Positions 9,501-17,868 of a stretch of 64,000 nt of DNA are shown piece after piece; within the stretch, counting starts at the first letter, position 1, and every line of letters begins with the position of its first letter. The stretch spans positions 17,456 through 81,455 of the forward strand of contig CAIVED010000021.1 of NCBI GenBank assembly GCA_903904885.1, read 5' to 3'. The notes under the pieces are model-generated. The model ran no database searches. It saw only the letters and a program-made list of their open reading frames with translations, and was not told where the DNA came from. The position numbers and the translations under genes are program-made. Source of the stretch: an uncultured archaeon. Lineage in GTDB: Archaea > Nanobdellota > Nanobdellia > Woesearchaeales > CAIVOO01.

Positions 9501-11684
9501 GCCACCGCCGGGCATGACGGCTTCGGGGCATTTGATTTTGACGGGGTTAATGGTTCCTATATTTATATTTCAAATCCAGTTAGAACTCTCACGGTTAATA
9601 GTTTTGCCATCTCCTTATGGATTAAACCCCAAGGCTTGCAGTCAAGGAGGTGGATATTTGAATGGGGGGACAGCATGTCTGTAATCCAGCCCTGGGTAGG
9701 CTTATTAAAATACTCCAATACAACAGCCGAATGGTTTGTACTTGGGGGTTATAATAACCTTGGAACCATAAACGTTTCCGACGACTCCTGGTACCATCTT
9801 GTAATGGTTTACACTGGCACTTCAGTATCAGGCATATGGAATTCCTATGTCAACGGTGTTCTTAGCCAGGCCGTAGCTGGAAACAGAGCAAACGGATATG
9901 GAGCAGGTCACATTTATATTGGCTCGGGCCTTAACGGGTCTTTCAATGGGACAATTGATGATTTTCGTGTTTACAATAGAAGCCTTTCAGCAAGTGAAGT
10001 GTTTATGCTCTATAACAATGGGCCAAGCACCCTCCATTCCGAGGCCATAAATGTGGGAGATAATTGGTCTGTTAAGGCCACACCCATCGATTTGCAGGGA
10101 TTGAACGGCAGCGGCGTTTTTTCAAACAACATAACCATAAACCAAAATTACCCCCCATCAATATCCTCCATAACCTTGAATTCGACATCAGGCTCTAATC
10201 TTACAACTGACAATCTCACAGCCACTTCCGCAGGGGTCAGCGACCCCGAGGGGGACGCAGTTACGGTTAATTATAATTGGTATAGGAACGGGGTTTCGGA
10301 TGCAGTTGTTAATCTTCCCTTTGCTGCTCCAGATAGCTCAGGCAAAACCCACGATTTTTCCGGCAATGGCAATGACGGACTTGTTACCAGTGGCAATTTC
10401 AGTTCAACAGGCGGCCATGACGGTTTTGGGGCCTTTGAATTTAACGCGGTCATAACTTCAATGATAAACGTAAGTGTCGACCTTGAATCTTCAGACTATA
10501 ACAGCTCAACTGTTTCAGTATGGTTCAATAAAAAAAGCACAAGAGACCAAATGGTATGGTCCGATGAAAAAGGCCGCTTTGACAAATCACTTGAGCTAGA
10601 TTATTTCAATACAGACAATAGAATATGTTTGTATAATGGTACAAGCAGAATTTGCCAGATAATGAATAACCACGGCTGGCTTAATGCGGTTGCTGTTTTT
10701 TACCCGAATAATACTGCTGCATTGTACGTAAATGGCAGCCTTGTTATGACCATCAACACAAAATATAATGTAACCAATACCCTGGGATATACCATCCTTG
10801 GCAAAGATGTAATACACAACAGCCTGCACTTTAATGGAACCATTGATGATTTCCAGGTCTATAACCGGACACTCTCTGCAAATGAGATAATGCTGCTGTA
10901 CCAAAGCCAGGCAAAGCTACATTCAGACGCGTTGTCTGCAGGCGACAATTGGTCGGTAAAAGCAACGCCGATTGATTCCTATGGCCTGAATGGAAGCGGT
11001 GTTTTTTCAAACAACGTGACCATAAACGGCATCACACTTATAATCCCTTCAAGTGCAGCTATACTAATAAACCGAACGCCATTCTTCAACTGGAGCTATG
11101 GCTCGTCTGCAAGCTTTAACCTCCTGGCGGACAATAATTCGGATTTTTCATCTCCGGAAATAAATATAACCACTTCAGATTCAAACTACACCCCAACACA
11201 GGACCTTAATTTTACTGATTATTTCTGGAAGATAGGTGTTTCGGGAAGTTTTACTGAAACAAGAAACTTTACCATTATCAAGAACATTGCCTGCAAACTG
11301 CTGTTAGATTCAATAAACTTTTCAAATATAAACCTAAATGAAGTAAGGAACACAACAAACAGCGCCAATCCCATAATCGTGGAGAATTCAGGCAACCTTA
11401 AGCTCAACATCTCAATAAATTCGACAAGCCTCTGGCAGTATTATCCCAATCCGACAAACTATTACCAGTACAAAATAGGGGCGAACAAGAGCAACGCATT
11501 TGACAGCGCGCTTAACAGCAGCTGGAATAATTTTTCAAGCCAGACGGTCAATTCCATAGCAGGGCTTAAGTATTTTGATGCAAACAACTCAGCAAGAATA
11601 GATGTGCAGGTGGCTGGCCCTCCTGGTGAAGGTGCGGGAGTAAAAAATTCAACAATAGGTGTGTGGTGCGAGGAAGATGAATAA
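6570..11684 (+). CDS. Giant secreted surface glycoprotein (~1,705 aa) with three LamG/concanavalin-like modules and a right-handed beta-helix region
   Basis: The start is set at Met19 of the tracked ORF, where MRGKNIIICALFAILLILSFKIAMSA forms a signal peptide. Three jelly-roll signatures are present: IDEVIIYNRSLSIADAGGIY, IDDFRVYNRSLSASEVFMLY and IDDFQVYNRTLSANEIMLLY. Pectate-lyase-like repeats are NNVIISNFDYCIHNDGTG and ISINSNSVTISNNTFQNCGN. There is a very high density of N-x-S/T sequons. Confidence 0.75.
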   Translation: MRGKNIIICALFAILLILSFKIAMSASIPSDYLAYWKFDNANGSNSTFAPDETWKFNGSVFGGAVNGSAGRVGESYVFNATNGYINATNYNITANISAFAWMNTKITNAALRYVVGKQSSSSSGWYIRLETSNKPSCTFVTGAGGAANTSAVLATIVPTVNTWYHVGCIFNGTNAMIYINGVLNNITSWAGPKNLTPNGLNIAMGKYALNSNYYWNGSIDEVIIYNRSLSIADAGGIYDSYFGFAVALSQPANDAVFSQSKNVSLNFSVSGDINSYNCSLSVNTVFNQTNNLVQNNTITAFNLNVSSAATYYWNVSCTNRSINNFSETRNFTFEKVAYLSSNNAIGYTSVESCFDAINNTNDGCVLGVSNYSETFSSPKYYNFSLDNGFVLSTYSQSNVSIDFSNMSADVLSNFAKVSDNQSFSNLNISGVSVEGFEAGNAIASLGIGWNNVIISNFDYCIHNDGTGFQTAIINNSQFSCNLLSLNTYSHDQVYNTRILRGGYILSSWGSPVIFDNVTFQNISINSGVGVTNMNITNSLFNYTVLGQAVGDYDAVSGNTFVCPANADAISINSNSVTISNNTFQNCGNLTYTSQYLSSYSPMTYGGNNFNTAVIFVSSNLGTNKAVSADNTDVSTIADGTNNFRLWLVNIPAASIPFSTLYVADPPAMSCAAVASAYGGTCYFDEADYFVANGTADYITNPASSAAIMPGYTSPAYLKYSVLANYNAVPLRNSGANNNITGNTFASNTAPFLINGTGTNLWLNSFQDFTPINLSDYTACINSEGNFYQESLATLAGDCGQSNVTVPNENQKQGTLFSLGWKKQSSIFLIFYDIFIKKIDQAFALLGTTNDTNYTLNVSQYDVYNYTLKLVPYINGSRVNGTNVLRNFEIGYNHAPNITSIFLNSTSIYNRSTDNLTAAYSVSDFDTDNVSINYNWYRNGASETVLNMPFTAPDANNQTYDFSAFSNPGTAYNGSRWNATAGHDGFGAFDFDGVNGSYIYISNPVRTLTVNSFAISLWIKPQGLQSRRWIFEWGDSMSVIQPWVGLLKYSNTTAEWFVLGGYNNLGTINVSDDSWYHLVMVYTGTSVSGIWNSYVNGVLSQAVAGNRANGYGAGHIYIGSGLNGSFNGTIDDFRVYNRSLSASEVFMLYNNGPSTLHSEAINVGDNWSVKATPIDLQGLNGSGVFSNNITINQNYPPSISSITLNSTSGSNLTTDNLTATSAGVSDPEGDAVTVNYNWYRNGVSDAVVNLPFAAPDSSGKTHDFSGNGNDGLVTSGNFSSTGGHDGFGAFEFNAVITSMINVSVDLESSDYNSSTVSVWFNKKSTRDQMVWSDEKGRFDKSLELDYFNTDNRICLYNGTSRICQIMNNHGWLNAVAVFYPNNTAALYVNGSLVMTINTKYNVTNTLGYTILGKDVIHNSLHFNGTIDDFQVYNRTLSANEIMLLYQSQAKLHSDALSAGDNWSVKATPIDSYGLNGSGVFSNNVTINGITLIIPSSAAILINRTPFFNWSYGSSASFNLLADNNSDFSSPEINITTSDSNYTPTQDLNFTDYFWKIGVSGSFTETRNFTIIKNIACKLLLDSINFSNINLNEVRNTTNSANPIIVENSGNLKLNISINSTSLWQYYPNPTNYYQYKIGANKSNAFDSALNSSWNNFSSQTVNSIAGLKYFDANNSARIDVQVAGPPGEGAGVKNSTIGVWCEEDE

Positions 11685-12459
11685 ACTGATAATATACTTA
11701 TTGGCAATGATTTTGCTGTTGTCAAATGCGTTTGCAATAGGCATTGGGGGGAAAAATGAGCAGATAACTGCCGAGGGGCAGAAATCAATAGACCTGTTCA
11801 TCACAAACAGCGGCCATGAGGACGCAGTTGTTGATGTGGGGGTTTTAGGGGAAAATGAGGGCGTTTCAGTAAGCCCGGCCAGAATAACAATCAACTCAAC
11901 AGAAGAGATTAAAAAATTTACCGTGTTCCTCGATTTCAGCAGAATCAAAAACTATCCTGTGAAAATCTATGCATCAGAATCCCGGGGGAATGGCGGCCAG
12001 GTTTCAGCAGTGGCAAATGTTGTCTACAGTCTGCAGATAAGCCATTCAAGCAATAGCGTTTCTGAAGATTTCCCGAAAGAAGAGCCAAAAGCCGAGAGCC
12101 CTGCCTTGAATGAAACTGCCAAAGAAATTGGCACTGTGCAGGAAAAATTAGCAATCTCCGAAGAGCCGCCGAAAACAGCAGCTGCTGCAAAGGAGTTTTC
12201 AGGGGCAGCAGCTGCCAAAGAGCAAGCAATTCAGCAATCTGGAGCAAAAACAGGCGATTTGAAAAAAATACTGCTTTACAGCCTGGCTATTGTCATATTC
12301 ATAATTGTTGCAGACATGGTTTACATAAAGAAAAAGCACCCGCTGGAGGAATACATTATTAAATCCAGGAAAATCGGCAAGAATGATGAGGAGATAAAAT
12401 CAAAATTAAGCGAGGCAGGATGGAGCGATTTGATAATTGATTCGCATCTCAAAAAATGA
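11677..12459 (+). CDS. Secreted single-pass membrane protein with conserved cytoplasmic tail motif
   Basis: Signal peptide MNKLIIYLLAMILLLSNAFA, with the start adjusted from the track value of 11659. The C-terminal TM is ILLYSLAIVIFIIVADMV. The tail EEYIIKSRKIGKNDEEIKSKLSEAGWSDLIIDSHLKK matches the tail of the ORF at 58446-59267. Confidence 0.6.
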   Translation: MNKLIIYLLAMILLLSNAFAIGIGGKNEQITAEGQKSIDLFITNSGHEDAVVDVGVLGENEGVSVSPARITINSTEEIKKFTVFLDFSRIKNYPVKIYASESRGNGGQVSAVANVVYSLQISHSSNSVSEDFPKEEPKAESPALNETAKEIGTVQEKLAISEEPPKTAAAAKEFSGAAAAKEQAIQQSGAKTGDLKKILLYSLAIVIFIIVADMVYIKKKHPLEEYIIKSRKIGKNDEEIKSKLSEAGWSDLIIDSHLKK

Positions 12460-13043
12460 CGCACTATTATTCGGCAAAGCAGGAATCACCATTAAGACTG
12501 AAAATGATATCCTCTGTTTTGAGAGGCAAAGAAATCGAGTTTTACACCGGTTCAGGCGTTTTCAGCAAAGACAAGATTGACGACGGCTCCTATGTTCTTA
12601 TTGAGAATGCGATCATTAAGAAAAACTGGAAGATTCTGGATTTGGGCTGCGGTTATGGTGCAGTTGGCATTTCAATCGCAAAATCAGAAAATGCTGATGT
12701 TGTTTTGGCAGATGTCAACGAAAGGGCCGTCCATCTTGCGGAGAAAAACATAGAGCATAATAAGGTAAATGCTTCAGTACGAACATCAGATTTATTCTCA
12801 AGCATTCCTGAGAAATTTGACACCATATTATTGAATCCGCCCCAATCTGCAGGAAAACAATTATGCTTCAGGATGATAGAGGAATCCAAAGAGCATTTAA
12901 ACAAAAACGGCTTGCTTCAATTAGTTGCCCGCCCCAAAAAAGGCGGCAGGACGCTCTCAGAAAAAATGAAGGAAGTTTTCGGAAACGTCGAAGTCATTGC
13001 AAAGAAGCACGGGTTTAGCTTGTATGTGAGCAAGAATAGTTAG
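12456..13043 (+). CDS. Class I SAM-dependent methyltransferase (RsmC/RlmG 'MTS small domain' type)
   Basis: ILDLGCGYGAVGISIA is a Gly-rich SAM motif, VVLADVNERAV is an acidic motif II, and ILLNPP is the N-methylase NPPY-like motif. The start overlaps the upstream gene by 4 nt. Confidence 0.7.
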   Translation: MTHYYSAKQESPLRLKMISSVLRGKEIEFYTGSGVFSKDKIDDGSYVLIENAIIKKNWKILDLGCGYGAVGISIAKSENADVVLADVNERAVHLAEKNIEHNKVNASVRTSDLFSSIPEKFDTILLNPPQSAGKQLCFRMIEESKEHLNKNGLLQLVARPKKGGRTLSEKMKEVFGNVEVIAKKHGFSLYVSKNS

Positions 13044-13065
13044 GTTTCTATTAACAAAATTTCTG

Positions 13066-13250
13066 CCAACAAAAAACCGTTTGCTGGTTCTTGCATTAAT
13101 CTTTATGTTTGTTTTGCTTCTTCCGCTCAACTGCCATGCAAGAAGTGAATTTATTGCTGTTGGCAGGAAAATTTTTTCCGCAGTTCTGGCAATCAGGCAA
13201 AACTTGAAATCAAGGAACGGGGTTAAGAACTGCGCCAGAAAGATTATCGT
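13066..13250. repeat. Intergenic repeat family copy A (~185 bp) carrying conserved mini-ORF MFVLLLPLNCHAR...
   Basis: Shares ccgtttgctggttcttgcattaatct, ctgccatgcaagaa and ctggcaatc blocks with copies at 24748-24995 and 59271-59455. Confidence 0.6.
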
Positions 13251-13274
13251 TGATGAAAGCGCAAAAAAAGAGTC

Positions 13275-13631
13275 TTAAATCTCCTTAATCCCGTCCTTTG
13301 TCAATGCAGTCGGCTTGAACTTTATGTTGAGTTTCTGCAGTGCTGAAAGAATTGCCATGTGCTCCTTGCCGTCTCCTGAAACCAAATTAAGAGCCACTTC
13401 CTTGGTTTTTATGTTATCGCTAATTCCCTTTTTAATATCTTCAACAAGTTCTCCTACAGGTTTTCTATTGTCAATTACTACCAAAATCGCATTTTTTTCG
13501 TTTGTGAATTTCTCTTTTCCGAAATCATTTGTAATCAGAACTATGTTATCCCATGTGCCGTCTGCTATCAATCTTGCGACGTGGCCCCAGGTTCCCTTTC
13601 CTGTGCTTAAACATGCCAGTAATTCAACCAT
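13275..13631 (-). CDS. Hypothetical protein (118 aa)
   Basis: Intact ORF with no motif I can assign. The promoter has tatatataa about 20 nt upstream of the ATG, plus a GC box. Confidence 0.45.
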   Translation of the reverse strand: MVELLACLSTGKGTWGHVARLIADGTWDNIVLITNDFGKEKFTNEKNAILVVIDNRKPVGELVEDIKKGISDNIKTKEVALNLVSGDGKEHMAILSALQKLNIKFKPTALTKDGIKEI

Positions 13632-13917
13632 GCGGTTTGGATTAACAGCTTATATATAAAGTTAATGCGTCGCGTTCGGGACGTATTAATCTTTTATAGA
13701 TGCAAAATACTGCAATTTTATGAGATTTGTTAAACTAAGCGGCACAATATATGACTATTCCGAGTACAGGCTTAACATTTCTTCTCTTGTAAAAGCCATA
13801 AACGAGGAGATTGAAAACTCAGTAACCAGATTAGGATTCGTAAAGCAGAGGGAAAATATGTTTTACAACAAAAAATTCGACCTGGCACTCAAAATAGAAA
13901 TAAAGAACAAGTCAAAA

Positions 13918-14646
13918 CTAAAATTCGTCTAGGGCCTTCTGGTTTTTTTTGTGCCTCTCAAGGTGTTTCGGAGGTTCAATCTTCCTGTATTCAAATCCCC
14001 AGTCTTCAAGCATTTTCAGTGCATTTGCGCTGATTGCCGGGCAGGCGAGAATCCCGCGAACATTTTTTATTCCCTTCAGCGCCTTTATTTTTTCAACGTA
14101 TCTTCTCAATTGCGTTACCGCATTAAGGTCCCCGTTGAATCTCTTGCATTCCACAACAACCAGATTATTGTCCTTGTCATGGCCGAATACGTCAATGAAT
14201 CCGTATTTTGTGTGCTCCTCCCTGCTCAATGGCCGGAAATCATTGCCTATCAGCCCGGGGTTTTTCATTATCATGTCAGACATGTGCTTTTCTGTTCCCT
14301 GAAGTTCAATTTCCCTGTCATCCTCAAATTTCTGGCAGTGGACAAAATGTATCTTGCTGAATTCTATTTCCATGAACTCTTTCATCGCGGAATTTCTTGC
14401 CTTGAGCAGGATATTTTTTCCGTTTTCTGAAATCTCATGGACAGTTCCCTGCTTCATGTAATTCACAGGCGCGGTTCCCTTAGGCTGGTGCACAATAAGG
14501 CTTTTGTCTGATTTGATTATTACAATCCTGTCGCCTGAAGGAAGAAAGCTTTCAGCCCTGCCTGAGTAGGTTACTTCGCAGTCTGCCCCGATTATTATCA
14601 CATCCCCGGCATCAAGCGCATTTTTTATTTTCCCTGCGTAATCCAT
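13918..14646 (-). CDS. nucS: Endonuclease NucS (EndoMS), mismatch-specific RecB-like nuclease
   Basis: N-terminal MDYAGKIKNALDAGDVIIIGADCEVTYSGRAES and C-terminal GFIDVFGHDKDNNLVVVECKRFNGDLNAVTQLRRY, which is a PD-(D/E)XK D...ExK motif. The size is typical of NucS. The start is adjusted to the internal ATG because the tracked start is GTG. Confidence 0.75.
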   Translation of the reverse strand: MDYAGKIKNALDAGDVIIIGADCEVTYSGRAESFLPSGDRIVIIKSDKSLIVHQPKGTAPVNYMKQGTVHEISENGKNILLKARNSAMKEFMEIEFSKIHFVHCQKFEDDREIELQGTEKHMSDMIMKNPGLIGNDFRPLSREEHTKYGFIDVFGHDKDNNLVVVECKRFNGDLNAVTQLRRYVEKIKALKGIKNVRGILACPAISANALKMLEDWGFEYRKIEPPKHLERHKKNQKALDEF

Positions 14647-14666
14647 GGAAAAACAAAGCACTGCTT

Positions 14667-15482
14667 TTATTTAAACCTTGCACTTCCTCTGAAGCACTCG
14701 TCATAGAAATCGCATTTTCCTGTTCTCCATTTGCAAAGCCCTGATTCCTGTTTTGGGTAGTCATCAATCGCGTTAGACTCTGTTTTCTGGTGTATTCCCT
14801 CTATCTCTTTTATTGCATTTTCAATAAGCTTCTCATCCATTTCAATTATCTGCTCCTTGTCCTTGAGGAACCAGATGCTGAGCTTGTTTGGCATTTTGCC
14901 GTGCTTTTCGCTGTAAAGAAGGGCATAAATCGCAAGCTGCAATTCATAATTGTCTGAAATCTCAAAGCTCCCGCTTGTCTTGTAGTCAAGAACTTTTATT
15001 TCGCCGTCAACATGCTCAACAACATCAATGAAGCCCTTTACCATGTGCTTCTTGCTTTCGTATTCCGCTTCTATCTCAACAGGCCTGAATTTTTTGAATG
15101 CCTCGTTAAAGCTGAGTCCTGTGCTGTCAATCCTGTCAAAGAAATACTGGAGCCAGTTTGCGAGCATCTCTGCTATTTCCTGCTTTGCGCCGATTATTTC
15201 CTTTTCTGTTGCCCTCAGGTCCTCAAACTTCTCAAGGCTCTTCAGCCAGAATGCGTTGAAAAGGTTTTTCATGTAATAGGAAAGCTCCTTTTTGTAATTT
15301 TCCTCCTTGAAATGCTTTATGTCAATGTCAAAGAATTTCTCAAGCACCGAATGGACAATCTTGCCCTTTACCAGGTGGATGTTTTCGCCGGTGGGAAGCC
15401 TGAGGATGTACTGGTAGAAATATTTTCTCGGGCACTGCCGGTAGGTGTTTATGGATGAGGGGGACTGGACTCTTTTCGCCAT
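14667..15482 (-). CDS. Cas4-like PD-(D/E)XK nuclease with N- and C-terminal Cys cluster (putative Fe-S)
   Basis: N-terminal SPSSINTYRQCPRKYFYQYI. The core is IDVVEHVDGEIKVLDYKTS...ELQLAIYALL. The C-terminus is CKWRTGKCDFYDEC. This is the same family as the ORF at 49157-50320. No cas genes are nearby. Confidence 0.65.
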   Translation of the reverse strand: MAKRVQSPSSINTYRQCPRKYFYQYILRLPTGENIHLVKGKIVHSVLEKFFDIDIKHFKEENYKKELSYYMKNLFNAFWLKSLEKFEDLRATEKEIIGAKQEIAEMLANWLQYFFDRIDSTGLSFNEAFKKFRPVEIEAEYESKKHMVKGFIDVVEHVDGEIKVLDYKTSGSFEISDNYELQLAIYALLYSEKHGKMPNKLSIWFLKDKEQIIEMDEKLIENAIKEIEGIHQKTESNAIDDYPKQESGLCKWRTGKCDFYDECFRGSARFK

Positions 15483-15683
15483 GAGGGCTTTCTGGGAATT
15501 TTAATTGTTTAAATAGTTTTGTTACCTGTTGAAGTAGCAAAAACAAAAGATTCGCGGAATAAGCTTCCTAACTGAAATTATTTTCATTATATGATATAGC
15601 GCATATTTATTTTTTATCCTGCAAATGTTTCTCCTCATTTGTATATAAAAAATTTTATAAACAAGCGGCAAATCCCTTTCTGA

Positions 15684-16235
15684 ATGTTTGTTTCGTTTGG
15701 GGAAGTTGTTGATTTTGCTGTAATGACCTTCATAGTAGGCTACATTTTCTCAGATTTTTTCATCTTCAAAAGGGTCAAGCCGGTTTTTGACCTGAAAGCA
15801 ATATTGTTTGCAGCAGCCATAACTGCCCCGGCAATCGTGCTGCATGAGCTTGCACACAAGTTTGCTGCAATTTCCCTCGGGCTTACTGCGACTTTCCATG
15901 CGGCATATTTCTGGCTTATGATAGGGATCATAATGAAAGCCCTGAGCCCAGGATTCATATTCTTCGTGCCTGCCTTTGTTTCGATACAAGGCTTGAGCAC
16001 ACCCCTAACTCAAACAATAGTTTCAGCTGCCGGGCCGCTGACCAACCTTGCTTTGTTCTTGATAGCTTGGGCGGTCCTGGCGCTGAAATTTACAAACAAC
16101 AGCATGGCAGTTTTCTTTTTGAAGCTTACAAAAAGGATAAACGGATTTCTTTTCCTGTTCAACATGATACCGATTCCGGGGTTTGACGGGTTCCAGTTCT
16201 TCAGCGGGGCCTATCGGCTGATTTTCAAAGTCTAG
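15684..16235 (+). CDS. Minimal M50 family (site-2 protease-like) membrane metalloprotease
   Basis: HExxH lies in a TM helix (LHELAHKFAA). The downstream NMIPIPGFDG matches the M50 N-x-x-P-x-x-x-LDG motif. The protein is polytopic and hydrophobic. Confidence 0.6.
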   Translation: MFVSFGEVVDFAVMTFIVGYIFSDFFIFKRVKPVFDLKAILFAAAITAPAIVLHELAHKFAAISLGLTATFHAAYFWLMIGIIMKALSPGFIFFVPAFVSIQGLSTPLTQTIVSAAGPLTNLALFLIAWAVLALKFTNNSMAVFFLKLTKRINGFLFLFNMIPIPGFDGFQFFSGAYRLIFKV

Positions 16236-16283
16236 AAAAGTTTATATACGCCCCGCTCAATATATGCCTCTAAAGGTGATTTT

Positions 16284-17813
16284 TTGAAGAACCAAACAAT
16301 TGCGCTGCTTATCGGGATTTTTATTGTTGTTTCTCTGGCCAGTTTTTTGATTGTCCCTAAAAATATTGTTTACATCACCGGCAAGGCAAGCAGCGGAAGC
16401 TCAAACACTGCATTTAACCTTACCGAAGAGGTTTCTGTTCTTGTTACTAATGCAGTTGATTTTGGGGAAGGCAGGGTTGATGCAAATGCCAGTTATGCGA
16501 TTCTGGACAGCGAAGGCGGAGGCGGAAGCGCTATTGGATGGGCTAACATAACTGGCATGATAAATTCTCCCGCTACGCATGAGTTTCTCGCAACTGTTTA
16601 TGACCCTGCACTTGATGTTTTTATTGCCTATGGGGGGGACATTTATGATCCTGACACTGATAGCTATTCTCCGGATACTGAAACATGGATGTTTAATTAT
16701 TCCAATAAGGAGTGGACAAATCTGACTGCAACCGCAGGGGCTCCAAAAGCAATCTATAGTTTTGGAATGGTCTATGACAATTCTGCGAGAGGAATTATTA
16801 TGTGTGGGGGAGAGTACGATTTTTTTCAAGAAAACCAGTCCAATGAAACCTGGAAATTCAATTCAAGCATGAGGTGGGAAAATCTGAGCCCCTCAAACAC
16901 CCCTCCTTTCATAAGTGACTGGGACCCCGCGATGGCATTTGACAGCAAAAGAAATGTCACAGTGATGTTTGGAGGCTATGAAAATTGGGGTGTGGCATAT
17001 ATGAATGAAACCTGGGAGTATAATTCAAGCTCAAACAGCTGGACAAATAAAACAAAAGCCATAACCCCTCCAGCAAGGACTGATGCTTTTATGGCTTTTG
17101 ACAGCGAGAGAAATGTTACTGTTCTTATTGGGGGGGCAGGATCTTACTCATCAACTAGTCAGGACGTTTTTGAATATACTGGAACCGACTGGATAAATGT
17201 TACTGCATCTACAGGCTATGCCCCTGCCAATCCCCTTGGGCTATCCTATGATGCCTATCGTAAAAATATTGTTTTTGTTGCAGACTATGACACCTGGACC
17301 TATAATGGTACCGGATTTGTAAATGTTTCAGCTCCGTGGATTGGTGCTTTAGCATGGCAGCTAATGTCCTATGATTCAAGTGCGCAGAAAACATTATTTG
17401 TTTACCCTGATAACACCTGGGCGTACCCATCTTCAATCAGCGGCGGAGGAGGTGGCGGTTGTATCAATGGCACCTGGTCTTTTTCGCCGAGTTTTATTTA
17501 TGTTGAGAATGACGGCACTGTTGATATAAATGTTAACTACACTGCGAATAAGAATGCGGGGCAGTTTATTGGGGGCACCTCTCCAAGTTTCAAAATTAAA
17601 GGGGTTGTTGATGAGTCTGGTGCCTGTGCGGATTTGAATACCACGTATGCTGAGGTTTCCAATTCTACCGAGACTCCGCTTACTCTCTGCCCGGTTTTGA
17701 AGTACCAGAATGATGCGGACAGAATCAAGGTTCCTGCAAGGCTGGTTGTTCCCAGTGATGTTGCATCCGGGGTTCATAATTCAACAGTAACTTTCAGCGC
17801 AACTTTGGTTTAA
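16284..17813 (+). CDS. Secreted surface protein with Kelch-like beta-propeller core and conserved family C-terminal module (TTG start)
   Basis: An aaggtgat RBS sits 5 nt before the TTG. N-terminus KNQTIALLIGIFIVVSLASFLIV. Repeated NETW(K/E)(F/Y)N.S..W(T/E)N blades are followed by GG. There is a poly-Gly linker. The C-terminal module FIYVENDGTVDINVN...PARLVVPSDVASG is shared with three other genes. Confidence 0.7.
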   Translation: MKNQTIALLIGIFIVVSLASFLIVPKNIVYITGKASSGSSNTAFNLTEEVSVLVTNAVDFGEGRVDANASYAILDSEGGGGSAIGWANITGMINSPATHEFLATVYDPALDVFIAYGGDIYDPDTDSYSPDTETWMFNYSNKEWTNLTATAGAPKAIYSFGMVYDNSARGIIMCGGEYDFFQENQSNETWKFNSSMRWENLSPSNTPPFISDWDPAMAFDSKRNVTVMFGGYENWGVAYMNETWEYNSSSNSWTNKTKAITPPARTDAFMAFDSERNVTVLIGGAGSYSSTSQDVFEYTGTDWINVTASTGYAPANPLGLSYDAYRKNIVFVADYDTWTYNGTGFVNVSAPWIGALAWQLMSYDSSAQKTLFVYPDNTWAYPSSISGGGGGGCINGTWSFSPSFIYVENDGTVDINVNYTANKNAGQFIGGTSPSFKIKGVVDESGACADLNTTYAEVSNSTETPLTLCPVLKYQNDADRIKVPARLVVPSDVASGVHNSTVTFSATLV

Positions 17814-17868
17814 AATCACACTAACATTTATATACCGCCATTTCAATATATTCTTCTTAAAAGGTGAT

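Noticed and set aside
13081-13278. 65-aa ORF within repeat copy A as a bona fide protein gene
   Set aside because: It starts with TTG. Only the first ~14 codons are conserved among the three repeat copies, and the other copies terminate after 15-16 codons. It is treated as part of a repeat or RNA element rather than a conserved protein.
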